Source: an uncultured delta proteobacterium (GTDB taxonomy: Bacteria > Desulfobacterota > Desulfuromonadia > Geobacterales > DSM-12255). From it: a DNA stretch of 64,000 nt. Below the pieces are notes generated by a model that saw only the letters and a list, made by a program, of their open reading frames with translations, was not told the DNA's origin and made no database searches. Shown piece after piece: positions 9,520 through 19,247 of the stretch. Location of the stretch: positions 32,001-96,000 of the forward strand of contig CAWBBV010000023.1 in assembly GCA_963787125.1 (NCBI GenBank). The letters run 5' to 3'. Position 1 is the first letter of the stretch. Every line of letters begins with the position of its first letter. A program made the position numbers and the translations under genes.

Positions 9520-11862
9520 ATGAACGGGCATCTTTTTTCACTCCTTACACCAGTCCCGACCGGGTTTGCCTTTTGTGGTGAATTCAGGGCAAAAGATTTC
9601 CGCAGTGCCCCCTTTGCACTCTATGCCCCTTCAATAGCGGCGGCCGGAGAGTTTCTGGGAATGCAACTGCCGCGAATGGCCGGCCTGATTCTGGTCCCGG
9701 GCGAGAGTTTTGCCTTTCAGGAAGTGGCGCCGCATGTTTCTCACATCACCATTCCCCCCGCACTGCTTCCCTGTCTTGCCGCCTTTGCTTCTCTTCAGCT
9801 GGAGCAGATCGAGCAGCGGATTCACTCTGAGGAGCGCAGTTCGTTCCTGTCGCTGGAGCTTGGTCGACTGGAAATGCTCAACCAGCGGGCCTCGCAGGAA
9901 TTCAGCAGTTTCAGGGCCAGCCTGCTGCACGAAATAGAAGAGCGCAGGCGGAACGAAGAAGACATCCTCCGTGAAAAGGAATTTTTTGCTGAGGCAATAA
10001 ATTCTCTGCCGGGTGTTTTTTACATAATCAGCCCGACCTATAAATTTTTACGCTGGAATGAAAATTTTGAAAGAATCACAGAATTTTCTGCTGAGGAACT
10101 GGCCCTGCTAAGCCCGCTTGACCTGTTTGCCGCTACAGAAAAAGATTTGCTCCGGGAACGGATTCAGGAAGTGTTCGCAATAGGCTCAGCATCGGTCGAG
10201 GCGGAACTTGTCTCAAGGAGCGGCAGGTGTATTCCGTACCATTTTACCGGGCAAACGATCCAGGTTGAAGGACTCACCTGTCTCATCGGTATGGGGGTTG
10301 ATATATCCGTGAGCAGGCAGAGAGAGGAGTTGCTTAAAAACAGTGAAGAGCGCTTCCGCTCAATATTTGAAAACCTGCAGGATGTGTATTATCGCTCCGA
10401 TGCAGAAGGCCGCCTGACCATGATCAGCCCTTCGGGAGTCCGACTGTTTGGCTGCGAAAGCCAGGATGAACTGCTTGGTAGTGTTATTAGTGAGACCTTT
10501 TACGACGATCCCGAAGAACGCGATGTCTTTATTAACAGTTTGAAAATGAAAGGGCATTTGTCCAACTATGAAATTACCTTGCGGCGCAAGGACGGCACGC
10601 CAGTTCAATTTGCCACCGCAACGCACCTTGTCCTGGATGCAGAAGGAAACTATGCCGGTGTAGAGGGAATGCTCCGGGACGTATCCGAGATGAAGGCCGC
10701 CGCAGAGGAGCGTCTTAAACTGGAGCAGCAGCTCCTCCATGCCCAGAAACTTGAGAGCCTCGGGGTACTGTCCGGCGGCATTGCCCATGACTTCAACAAC
10801 ATCCTGACCGGCATCATCGGCAATGCTGAAATGGCCCTGATGAAACTGAACCCAGAGTCGCCGGTGCTGGAGAATCTGGCGCGGATCGAGAAGGCCGCTG
10901 CCCGGGCAGCCGACCTGGCCAGGCAGATGCTGGCCTATTCCGGCAAGGGTAGATTCGTCATTGAGGCCATTGATATCAATCGCCTGGTGGAAGAGATGGG
11001 GCACATGCTGGAAGTCTCCATCTCCAAGAAGGCGGTACTGCGTTATAATCTTACCAAACTACTGCCGACAGTTAATGTGGATGCCACCCAGATCCGCCAG
11101 ATCATCATGAATCTGGTGATCAACGCTTCCGAGGCCATTGGTGACCAGAGCGGGGTCATTGCCATCACCACCGGCTGCCTTGAGTGTAATGATGCTTATC
11201 TGCAGGAATTCTGGCTCACCGACCCGATCCCGGAAGGGCTCTACGTTTCACTGGAGATAGCTGACAGCGGCTGCGGTATGGACAAGGAGACTCTGTCGAG
11301 AATGTTTGACCCCTTCTTCACCACCAAATTTACCGGCCGGGGGCTGGGGATGGCAGCGGTATTAGGGATTGTGCGCGGCCACAAGGGGGCGATCAAGGTC
11401 TACAGCGAACCGGGCAGGGGGAGCAGCTTCAAGGTGCTGTTGCCGGCCGGGGATAAACCGGCGGAACTGTTCAACGGGAAAGCTGCTGCCGATAGCTGGC
11501 AGGGGAGCGGCACTGCGCTGCTGGTGGATGACGAGGAGACGGTACGGGCCATTGGCGCCGAAATGCTCAAGGAACTCGGCTTCGATGTTATAACGGCTAA
11601 AGACGGCCGCGAAGCAGTGGAGATATTCAATACTGGAAAAGAGTTCAGTGTGGTGATTCTCGACCTGACCATGCCTCACATGGATGGTGAGCAGTGCTTC
11701 CGCGAACTGCGCCGGCTCGATCCAGCCGTGAAGGTGATCATGTCCAGCGGCTTCAGCGAACATGAGGTGACGCAAAAGTTTGTCGGCAAGGGGTTGGCCG
11801 GTTTTGTGCAGAAACCGTATAAACTGAGCGTACTTAAAGCGGCGCTAAAGCAGATTATTTGA
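9520..11862 (+). CDS. Cytoplasmic hybrid histidine kinase (N-terminal domain-PAS-PAS-HK-REC)
   Basis: Two PAS domains, AHDFNNIL H-box, C-terminal REC; starts 4 nt after the FIST gene. Confidence 0.9.
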   Translation: MNGHLFSLLTPVPTGFAFCGEFRAKDFRSAPFALYAPSIAAAGEFLGMQLPRMAGLILVPGESFAFQEVAPHVSHITIPPALLPCLAAFASLQLEQIEQRIHSEERSSFLSLELGRLEMLNQRASQEFSSFRASLLHEIEERRRNEEDILREKEFFAEAINSLPGVFYIISPTYKFLRWNENFERITEFSAEELALLSPLDLFAATEKDLLRERIQEVFAIGSASVEAELVSRSGRCIPYHFTGQTIQVEGLTCLIGMGVDISVSRQREELLKNSEERFRSIFENLQDVYYRSDAEGRLTMISPSGVRLFGCESQDELLGSVISETFYDDPEERDVFINSLKMKGHLSNYEITLRRKDGTPVQFATATHLVLDAEGNYAGVEGMLRDVSEMKAAAEERLKLEQQLLHAQKLESLGVLSGGIAHDFNNILTGIIGNAEMALMKLNPESPVLENLARIEKAAARAADLARQMLAYSGKGRFVIEAIDINRLVEEMGHMLEVSISKKAVLRYNLTKLLPTVNVDATQIRQIIMNLVINASEAIGDQSGVIAITTGCLECNDAYLQEFWLTDPIPEGLYVSLEIADSGCGMDKETLSRMFDPFFTTKFTGRGLGMAAVLGIVRGHKGAIKVYSEPGRGSSFKVLLPAGDKPAELFNGKAAADSWQGSGTALLVDDEETVRAIGAEMLKELGFDVITAKDGREAVEIFNTGKEFSVVILDLTMPHMDGEQCFRELRRLDPAVKVIMSSGFSEHEVTQKFVGKGLAGFVQKPYKLSVLKAALKQII
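10774..11830 (+). repeat. Copy 2 of ~1.05 kb direct repeat
   Basis: Near-identical to 7244-8300. Confidence 0.95.
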
Positions 11863-11960
11863 CAATCCGCAGCTCTGATTCGGCATTGCATTCAAAGGTC
11901 CGGCATGTCATGGCACGCCCCTTATTTTTTCAGTCTGCCTTGGAAGAAAGGGAGATTGTG

Positions 11961-12881
11961 TTAGCGCAACAGCCAGATGGTCAGCGGCAGGGTGATAAAG
12001 GAGAGGCAGGTCTGGGCGGTGATTATGGCAGCCATGCTGTCATGATCGCCGCCCATCTGTCTGGAGAGGATGTAGGCCGAAGGGGCGGTCGGAACACTGA
12101 AAAGGAGTACCACCACACTCACTGCCATGCCGGGCAGACCAAGTAACGTTGCCAGCTTCCAGGCAATAAGCGGCTTACAGATAAACTGGACGCTGCTGCT
12201 TACCAGCAGCGGTTGCCAGTTTTGACCGAGATTGCCGACCCGATAGGCCGCCCCCACCGCCATCAGCCCCACCGGAAAGGCCGCTTTCCCCCCCAGAGCA
12301 AGGATGCCGTCGACTGCTGACGGCAGCATCAACCCTGAAGCATTCACCCCCACGCCGATAACACAGCCGATAATGAGCGGATTGCGCAGCAGGTCAACTG
12401 TCAGTCGTTTAAAGTTTATGCCACTGCCGTTATGCACTGCCAATGAGAAGGCCGAAACGCATAGAATATTGATCAATATGATCATGAAGCCGGCACCCAG
12501 TGCGGCCAGAAAGAGACCGTCCCTGCCGAAAAGATTTTCTGCCAGAGCCAGAGCTACAAAAGTGTTGAAGCGAACTCCCCCCTGAAAAAGCGAAGTAAAA
12601 GCCGGACCGCCCATCTGTCGGTTAATGAGCCACCAAAGGGTCAGCAGCAGTGCACTGGTCAGCACCGCGCTCTCAACGGTCAGCAAAATCTTCAGCCAAG
12701 GGAGCGAGTCGATTCGTTTGCCGGCGAGATTATGGATCAGGGTCGCTGGCATGAGCAGAAAATAGGTGAGTTTTTCAGCCGACGGCCAGAAAGATGAGGG
12801 GAGGAAGCTGGTGCGCTGAATGATGAAACCGACCAGGATCAGAGCCAGTACCGGTATGAGGGCATCAGTGATGGAGGTCAT
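11961..12881 (-). CDS. AEC (auxin efflux carrier) family transporter
   Basis: About 10 TM; RFNTF, RNPLII, PTAPSAYILSRQMGGD motifs. Confidence 0.85.
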   Translation of the reverse strand: MTSITDALIPVLALILVGFIIQRTSFLPSSFWPSAEKLTYFLLMPATLIHNLAGKRIDSLPWLKILLTVESAVLTSALLLTLWWLINRQMGGPAFTSLFQGGVRFNTFVALALAENLFGRDGLFLAALGAGFMIILINILCVSAFSLAVHNGSGINFKRLTVDLLRNPLIIGCVIGVGVNASGLMLPSAVDGILALGGKAAFPVGLMAVGAAYRVGNLGQNWQPLLVSSSVQFICKPLIAWKLATLLGLPGMAVSVVVLLFSVPTAPSAYILSRQMGGDHDSMAAIITAQTCLSFITLPLTIWLLR

Positions 12882-12975
12882 CTGCTCTCCTCGTTACGTT
12901 TATCAGAATTGGAGTAAGAAGATAGCACAGGTTTTTGGGAAAAATAATCGATAATGTCACAAAAACGCCGGTATT

Positions 12976-12992
12976 TGCCCATGAAACGGGCA
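12976..12992. promoter_or_regulatory. NtrC/GnfM-type enhancer palindrome
   Basis: TGCCC-ATGAAAC-GGGCA (17 bp), ~120 bp upstream of a -24/-12 element. Confidence 0.65.
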
Positions 12993-13109
12993 TACATGCT
13001 GCGGGAGTAATCAGGCGTCAAGGGGATTACCCTGGTTTTCCCAGAAGAGTGACAGCTGTAGAGCGCCTGTTACAGGGCCATCACAGCTAGTCTGAGGTGA
13101 TGGCACAGC

Positions 13110-13127
13110 AGGGAACGGTTTATGCTA
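13110..13127 (+). promoter_or_regulatory. Putative sigma54 promoter of the ANTAR regulator
   Basis: GG-AACGGTTTAT-GC-T (GG-N10-GC). Confidence 0.6.
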
Positions 13128-13163
13128 AAGCTTTTGGCATAACAGCGGGAAATGGAGGTTACC

Positions 13164-13727
13164 ATGAAGAGTGTCATGATCTGTGATAATGCTTCATCAG
13201 TGAGGAGCGAACTGCGTAGCATTCTAAATGGACTTGGTTTTGATACTGTTTATGAATGCAGCAATGGTGATGAAGCGGTAAAGACAGCCCTGGAGAAAGT
13301 CCCGGATTTGGCGATTATGGAGATCGTGTTGCCGAAAAAAGATGGCATTATTGCAGCTAAAGAGATCAGGGAAAAACTTAAAATACCGATAATCTTTCAG
13401 ACTGCCTGTCGTGACCATGACATGATTGAGCGGGCAATGAAGGTTGATGTCGCTGCTTTTCTCGGCAAACCTTTGCGTGAGCATGAACTCTGGCCTGCCA
13501 TTGAACTTGCGTTCGCCCATAACCATGAGGTCGAACAGCTGAAGGAAGAGATCACTGATCTGAAAAATACTTTGGAAAGTAGAAAAATTATTGATAAAGC
13601 CAAAGGTTCTCTTATCAAATCGCAGGGGCTGTCCGAACCGGAAGCCTTTCGCAAAATGCAGAAACTTGCAATGGACAAGAGGAAATCTTTACGGCAGATA
13701 GCAGAAGCAATATTGCTGACAGAGTGA
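13164..13727 (+). CDS. REC-ANTAR RNA-binding antiterminator (GnfR/NasT-like)
   Basis: REC fold then ANTAR (LESRKIIDKAKGSLI...EPEAFRKMQKLAMDKRKSLRQIAE); GGAGG RBS; acceptor Asp replaced by Glu. Confidence 0.85.
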   Translation: MKSVMICDNASSVRSELRSILNGLGFDTVYECSNGDEAVKTALEKVPDLAIMEIVLPKKDGIIAAKEIREKLKIPIIFQTACRDHDMIERAMKVDVAAFLGKPLREHELWPAIELAFAHNHEVEQLKEEITDLKNTLESRKIIDKAKGSLIKSQGLSEPEAFRKMQKLAMDKRKSLRQIAEAILLTE

Positions 13728-13753
13728 GCCGAATATTTTAAACAGCCGTTAAA

Positions 13754-13795
13754 AACGCAAAAAGAGACGCAAACGCTTGCGTCTCTTTTTGCGTT
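13754..13795. terminator. Bidirectional terminator between convergent genes
   Basis: AACGCAAAAAGAGACGCAA-ACGC-TTGCGTCTCTTTTTGCGTT. Confidence 0.9.
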
Positions 13796-13823
13796 CAGAA
13801 TCTTTCTGAGCGAAGCGGGAGTC

Positions 13824-14918
13824 TCAAGAACCGGTCAGTGCCGGATAATCAGAATATCCCTGGCTGCCTGGAGAATAGAATGTAGTCTGATCGGCTTCTG
13901 CCAGCGGTTTGCCTGTTTGCAGGCGTTCAACCAGGTCAGGGTTGGAAATAAACGGTCTGCCGAACGCTATCAGATCGGCAGCGCCGCTCTCAAGGTCTGC
14001 TTCAGCACGGTGCCGGTCGTAACCTCCGGAGAGGATAATTGCCCTGCCGCCGGCTGTACGGAATTTGCTGCAAATAATCGCGACTGTTGCCGGGTCAGGT
14101 TTAGGTGCCCCCATGGCGGAGTGATCCACCAGGTGCAGGTAGGCGAGCTTCAGTCCCCCCAGCGCCCCTGCCAGGTCAGCATACTGCCCGGCAATCCCTT
14201 CATATGTGCCGCTCATGTCATTGAATACCCCGTAAGGAGAGAGACGAATGCCGACCCGCTCGGCGCCGATGGCCGCAGCCGTAGCCGCGGTCACTTCAAT
14301 GGCAAAGCGGTTTCGATTCGTCGCACTCCCGCCGTAGTCATCACTGCGCCGGTTTGAGCCCGGGTCGAGAAACTGGGTGATCAGGTAGCCGTTGGCACCG
14401 TGAATCTCAACACCGTCAAAACCGACGTTAATGGCATTGCGCGCCGCCTGAACATACTCCTCAATTGCCCGGACAACATTTGCCGCTGTCATCTCTACGG
14501 GGAGATCATAGGGTTGTTCCCCCTGGCTGTCAGTCCAGATTTTGCCCTCCACCGCAAGCGCAGACGGCGCCACAAGTTCTGCCTCTGCCGGCAGATTAAG
14601 CATATTCCCCACCCGGCCTGAATGCATCAATTGGACAAAGATTTTCCCGCAGCGTTCATGGACAGCGGTAGTGACAAGCTTCCAGGCTGCCGTCTGCTCC
14701 GGCGAGAAAATGCCGGGGATGCGGGCGTACCCCAGGCCGTTCGGGGACGGTGATGTCCCTTCAGTGATTATCAGCCCTGCGCCGGCCCGCTGCCGGTAAT
14801 ACTCGACCATTAATTCGTTGGGCAGGTTGCCGGTCGCTCGATTGCGGGTCATGGGCGCCATAACGATGTGGTTCTGTAGCTCAACTGCTCCCAGTGGGCA
14901 CTGCGTGAAAAGTTTCAT
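13824..14918 (-). CDS. Old yellow enzyme / alkene reductase (NemA-like)
   Basis: MAPMTRNRA, YYRQRA, DGVEIHGANGYL, FGRPFISNPDL; start at MKLFTQ. Confidence 0.9.
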   Translation of the reverse strand: MKLFTQCPLGAVELQNHIVMAPMTRNRATGNLPNELMVEYYRQRAGAGLIITEGTSPSPNGLGYARIPGIFSPEQTAAWKLVTTAVHERCGKIFVQLMHSGRVGNMLNLPAEAELVAPSALAVEGKIWTDSQGEQPYDLPVEMTAANVVRAIEEYVQAARNAINVGFDGVEIHGANGYLITQFLDPGSNRRSDDYGGSATNRNRFAIEVTAATAAAIGAERVGIRLSPYGVFNDMSGTYEGIAGQYADLAGALGGLKLAYLHLVDHSAMGAPKPDPATVAIICSKFRTAGGRAIILSGGYDRHRAEADLESGAADLIAFGRPFISNPDLVERLQTGKPLAEADQTTFYSPGSQGYSDYPALTGS

Positions 14919-15035
14919 GGTGGTCTCCGCTTGTTCAATAAGTGATGGTTTAATGCTGACAATGAGTGTCGTCCCTGTATTTCGAGGGATAAGGTTAACA
15001 CAAATATTGGGGCAGTCCAGTGCTACCGCTCTGAC

Positions 15036-15053
15036 TTGGCGCACTCCTCGCAA
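15036..15053 (+). promoter_or_regulatory. Possible sigma54 promoter of nifV
   Basis: TTGG-CGCACTCCTC-GCAA (GG-N10-GC) ~35 nt before the ATG. Confidence 0.4.
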
Positions 15054-15084
15054 AGGAAAGGTATGAGTTCTACGGAGGCAGATT

Positions 15085-16236
15085 ATGAATAGAGAAACTA
15101 TCACGCCTTTAATAATTGATGATACGACACTGCGAGACGGCGAACAGACCGCCGGGGTAGTGTTTAGCAGGGCAGAAAAAATTGCCATCGCCCGGATGCT
15201 TGATTCCATAGGCGTTCAGGAGATTGAGTGTGGAATACCGGCAATGGGTGGCCATGAACGTGCCGGGATCAAGGCGTTGGTTGAACTTGGCCTGAATGCC
15301 CGGCTCATTACCTGGAACCGGGCTCTGGTGCCTGAAATTGAGGCAAGTATTGCCTGTGGTGTGCAGGCAGTAGACATCTCCCTGTCGGTTTCTGATCAGA
15401 TGATAGTCCACAAACTGCGCAAAAACCGGGATGCGGTCAAGGAACAGTTGAAAGTCGCTCTCGGCTTTGCCAAGAGTAAAAACCTTTATGTGTCAGTTGG
15501 CGGTGAGGATTCCAGCCGGGCAGATATGAAGTTCCTTGTTGAACTCCTGGAGATCACCCGCTCTCTCGGTGGCGATCGCTTCCGCTTCTGTGACACCCTT
15601 GGAATTATGGATCCGTTCGGCATGTACGAGCGGATAGCGTTTCTTCGCCAGGCGGTTCCGGAGGTGGAACTGGAAGTTCACACCCATAATGATCTGGGGA
15701 TGGCAACGGCCAATGCCATTGCCGGAGTAAGGGCTGGAGCACGCTTTGTTAATACGACCATAAACGGTCTGGGTGAGCGCGCCGGCAATGCCGCCCTGGA
15801 GGAGGTCGTCATGGGCTTGAAGCACGCCTGCGGTATTGAAACCGGTATCGATACCCACCGTTTCCGCGAGATGTCGCTCTTCGTTGCCAAGGCTTCCCAC
15901 CGCCCGCTGTCGGTCTCCAAGGCGGTGGTGGGTGAACGGGTTTTTGCCCATGAATCGGGTCTGCATGCAGACGGCGTTATCAAGGATCCCCACAACTACG
16001 AAGGTTTTGACCCGGCAGAAGTTGGGTTGACCCGCAGTATTGTGATCGGTAAACACTCCGGCACCGGCGGTCTGATCGAACGCTATCGCAGCATGGGAAT
16101 CGCCATTGATCGAACCCGGGCCGTGCCGCTGCTCGAAAAGACCAGGGCCATGTCGTGCCGGCGCAAGCGGGATCTTTCCAACAGCGAGCTCCTGTCTCTT
16201 TATAATCAAAAAGTGACGCTGCCAAAAGCGGCGTAA
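15085..16236 (+). CDS. nifV: Homocitrate synthase
   Basis: DTTLRDGEQ, HTHNDLGMA, GLGERAGNA, HESGLHADG, GKHSG; no LeuA regulatory domain; nif context. Confidence 0.9.
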   Translation: MNRETITPLIIDDTTLRDGEQTAGVVFSRAEKIAIARMLDSIGVQEIECGIPAMGGHERAGIKALVELGLNARLITWNRALVPEIEASIACGVQAVDISLSVSDQMIVHKLRKNRDAVKEQLKVALGFAKSKNLYVSVGGEDSSRADMKFLVELLEITRSLGGDRFRFCDTLGIMDPFGMYERIAFLRQAVPEVELEVHTHNDLGMATANAIAGVRAGARFVNTTINGLGERAGNAALEEVVMGLKHACGIETGIDTHRFREMSLFVAKASHRPLSVSKAVVGERVFAHESGLHADGVIKDPHNYEGFDPAEVGLTRSIVIGKHSGTGGLIERYRSMGIAIDRTRAVPLLEKTRAMSCRRKRDLSNSELLSLYNQKVTLPKAA

Positions 16237-16247
16237 GGATTCTGGTT

Positions 16248-16679
16248 ATGCATGAAGAGGACGGCGATATCTGGAAATATGCCGGAAGCGCAGTGATTGT
16301 CATGACAACCAATGGTTCATTGACGCGTTCATGGCAGGCTGTTCCCGGATGCGGAGTAACAAAGCAGGCCGTTGACAGGTATCCATGGCTTGCTGTGAAG
16401 CTGGGGATGATGATACAGATGCATGGTAATCATGTGTTTGACCTAGGGAGCTCTTTGGCAAGCTTTCCAGTGGAAGAGACGGCCTGGTCGCAACCAGATT
16501 TGAGAATAATAGCCCGTTCGGCAGAGGAGCTGCGGCTCGTCGCCGATGCTGCCGGGTGGCAGCAGATCATTGTCCCCCGTCCAGGTTGTGGCGGCGGCGG
16601 TCTCCTCTGGAAAGACGTCCGGCCGCTGCTCGAACCATGGTTTGACAGCCGCTTTACCGTTATCAGCCAGAAAATGTGA
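16248..16679 (+). CDS. Stand-alone macrodomain (ADP-ribose-binding) protein
   Basis: GDIW start, TTN...PGCGV, PRPGCGGGGLLW glycine-rich loop. Confidence 0.7.
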   Translation: MHEEDGDIWKYAGSAVIVMTTNGSLTRSWQAVPGCGVTKQAVDRYPWLAVKLGMMIQMHGNHVFDLGSSLASFPVEETAWSQPDLRIIARSAEELRLVADAAGWQQIIVPRPGCGGGGLLWKDVRPLLEPWFDSRFTVISQKM

Positions 16680-16745
16680 CGGACTATACCGTAATCCCGA
16701 AAGTGCAGTATAATTAGTCAATTCATCTCAAAGGAGTGGCCGACC

Positions 16746-18191
16746 ATGTACACCAACGGCATGCAGGGCGGAAAACCCCGTAACCCTTATCATGAGTTCT
16801 ACTCTGATGACTTCACCCCCCGCGACCACTACCGGCTGCTTTGGGATCATATCAAAGCCACCGGCAACAACGCTTTGGAAGCCAAAGCGCACGAATCGCA
16901 GCTGGCACTGCAAGCCGAGGGGGTTACCTTCACGGTCTATGGTGAAAGTGAAGAGGGGATTGAGCGGATCTGGCCCTTCGACCTGATTCCACGCATCATC
17001 ACTGCAGCAGAGTGGGTGAAGATTGAATCGGGCTTAAAGCAGCGTGTGCGGGCTCTGAACCTGTTTCTGGGAGACCTCTACGGTGAACAGAAGATTATCA
17101 AGGATGGTGTCATCCCCGCCGAACTGATTTACGAGGGGCGTGATTTCCGCCGCGAGATCGTCGGCATAGTGCCGCCAGGCGGCATCTATACCCACGTCAG
17201 CGGTATTGACATCATCCGGGATGAGAAAGGGGAGTTTCTGATTCTGGAGGACAACCTCCGTACCCCGTCGGGTGTTTCCTACATGATCGAAAATCGGGTT
17301 ATCGAGCGGCGGATACTGCCGGAGTTTTTTAATAAATATCGTGTCCGCCGTGTCGAGCACTACCCGTCGCTGCTGCTGGCAGCGCTGCGTGCCCTCTCAC
17401 CGCGCGGCAAGGACAACGCCGAAATCGTTCTTTTGACCCCCGGTATTTATAACTCGGCCTACTTCGAGCACACTTTTTTGGCCAAGGAGATGGGGGTTGA
17501 ACTGGCGGAAGGGCGCGACATGGTTGTTGTCAACGATGTCGTCTATCTCAAGACCACCACCGGCCTGCAGCGGGTGGATGTTATCTATCGCCGCATTGAC
17601 GATGACTTCCTTGACCCGCTGGTGTTCCGCTCCGATTCTTCTCTCGGTATTGCCGGAGTTATTAACGCCTGGCGGGCGGGTAACGTTGCCATTGTCAATG
17701 CGCCAGGGAGCGGTATTGCTGACGATAAGGCCGTGTATCCCTACGTGCCGGACATAATTCGCTATTATCTCGGTCAGGAGCCAATCCTGCACAATGTGCC
17801 CACGTTCCAGATGACCAATGTCAAGGACCGTGAATATGTCTTTGACAACATGGAACGGATGGTGATCAAGGCGGTCAGTGAATCAGGCGGCTACGGCATG
17901 CTGATGGGGCCATCCTCAACTCCCGCCTCGCGCAAGGAGTTTGTGGGGCTGGTGCAGGAAAACCCGCGCAATTACATTGCCCAGCCGGTGGTCTACCTGT
18001 CACGGCACGTCTGCTTCATGGACGGCGAACTGGAAGCCCGTCACCTTGACCTGCGTCCCTACGTTATATACGGTGAGGATATTGAGGTCGTGCCGGGTGG
18101 TTTGACCAGGGTGGCGTTGCGCAAAGGGTCGCTGGTCGTTAACTCCTCCCAGGGTGGCGGCAGTAAAGATACCTGGGTTTTAGCGGAGTAA
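16746..18191 (+). CDS. Circularly permuted type 2 ATP-grasp protein
   Basis: GVTF, PFDLIPR, LEDNLRTPSGVSY, YRRIDDDFLDPL, GIADDK, DLRPY, PGGLTRVAL, VNSSQGGGSKDTWV. Confidence 0.92.
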   Translation: MYTNGMQGGKPRNPYHEFYSDDFTPRDHYRLLWDHIKATGNNALEAKAHESQLALQAEGVTFTVYGESEEGIERIWPFDLIPRIITAAEWVKIESGLKQRVRALNLFLGDLYGEQKIIKDGVIPAELIYEGRDFRREIVGIVPPGGIYTHVSGIDIIRDEKGEFLILEDNLRTPSGVSYMIENRVIERRILPEFFNKYRVRRVEHYPSLLLAALRALSPRGKDNAEIVLLTPGIYNSAYFEHTFLAKEMGVELAEGRDMVVVNDVVYLKTTTGLQRVDVIYRRIDDDFLDPLVFRSDSSLGIAGVINAWRAGNVAIVNAPGSGIADDKAVYPYVPDIIRYYLGQEPILHNVPTFQMTNVKDREYVFDNMERMVIKAVSESGGYGMLMGPSSTPASRKEFVGLVQENPRNYIAQPVVYLSRHVCFMDGELEARHLDLRPYVIYGEDIEVVPGGLTRVALRKGSLVVNSSQGGGSKDTWVLAE

Positions 18192-18200
18192 GGGGGATAC

Positions 18201-19139
18201 ATGTTAAGCCGCATAGCTGATTCAATGTACTGGATGGCTCGCTACCTTGAGCGTGCCGGGGAAACCGCCCGTCTGATGGAGATAAACCTGCTCTACCTGG
18301 TGGAAGCGGAAGAGGATATGGGTGAAGAGGATAAATGGCGCCCGATACTGCAGATTAATTCATCTGAGCCGCTCTACGACGAACAGTTTGGTAGCGGCAA
18401 CATCAGCACGTCGCGGGTACTGCAGTTTGTCAGCGCCGGTCGGACCAATCCCAGCTCGATCCGCACCTGTTTGCGGCTGTTCCGTGAGAACGCCCGGGTT
18501 GCCCGTGACCGTATTTCCAAGGAGATGTGGGAAGCGGTCAACGAGATCTGGATGAGCTTTGATGAACGGCTGAAAGGCTCGCTTTCCGCTGAGCGGACCG
18601 GTGCTCTTTTTGTGGAACTGCGTAATCAGGTCGCCCGTTTCAATGGCCTGACCGCCTCCACCATGATGCGGGGTGAGGCCTATGCCTTCTACCAGCTGGG
18701 GGGCTGTCTGGAGCGGGCTGATATGACCGCCCGTATCCTTGATATCAAGTATCATATCATCCTGCCGGACCTTTCCATGGTCGGGTCGGCTCTGGACTAT
18801 TATCAGTGGGCCGCCCTGCTCAAGTCACTTTCCGGTTTCGAGGCCTTCCGCCGCAGTTACCACTCCGGGTTCATGCCGGCCGATGTGGCTGAGTTTGTGG
18901 TACTCAACCGCGCCTTTCCCCGCTCGATTGCCTTTTCGGTCGAGCGGATGGGAAATGCACTTGATATAATCGGCCTGGAGCAGAAAGCTGCCACCCAGGC
19001 CGCCTTTGCCGGGCTTGCTGATATGGTTCACGTGCCGGCACAGCAAGTTTTTGCTGCCGGCCTGCATGAGTATCTGGAGAGCCTGCTGCTGCGGTTGGCG
19101 ACTTTCCACGGCGCGCTGGCAGAAGAGTTTTTTCAGTAG
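18201..19139 (+). CDS. Alpha-E domain protein (DUF403)
   Basis: MLSRIADSMYWMARYLERA, second ER motif CLERADMTAR, FPRS. Confidence 0.9.
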   Translation: MLSRIADSMYWMARYLERAGETARLMEINLLYLVEAEEDMGEEDKWRPILQINSSEPLYDEQFGSGNISTSRVLQFVSAGRTNPSSIRTCLRLFRENARVARDRISKEMWEAVNEIWMSFDERLKGSLSAERTGALFVELRNQVARFNGLTASTMMRGEAYAFYQLGGCLERADMTARILDIKYHIILPDLSMVGSALDYYQWAALLKSLSGFEAFRRSYHSGFMPADVAEFVVLNRAFPRSIAFSVERMGNALDIIGLEQKAATQAAFAGLADMVHVPAQQVFAAGLHEYLESLLLRLATFHGALAEEFFQ

Positions 19140-19148
19140 GAGAAGAAC

Positions 19149-19231
19149 AGGCTGAAGACTGAAGGTTGAAGGCTGACGGCTGACGGTGAATCAGCTTTTT
19201 GCCTATACCTTCAGCCTTCTACCTTCAACCT
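19149..19231. repeat. Intergenic hairpin built from 7-nt repeats (GCTGAAG / CTTCAGC)
   Basis: Five forward heptamers 19151-19185, four inverted heptamers from 19202. Confidence 0.8.
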
Positions 19232-19247
19232 GATTTCAGGAGTTCCA

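Noticed and set aside
13101..13116. TGGCACAGCAGGGAAC as the sigma54 promoter
   Set aside because: No GC at -12; the element at 13112-13125 has correct GG-N10-GC spacing
14919..15209. N-terminal extension of the 461-aa OYE ORF
   Set aside because: Overlaps nifV antisense; family similarity and a GGAG RBS begin at MKLFTQ (14918)
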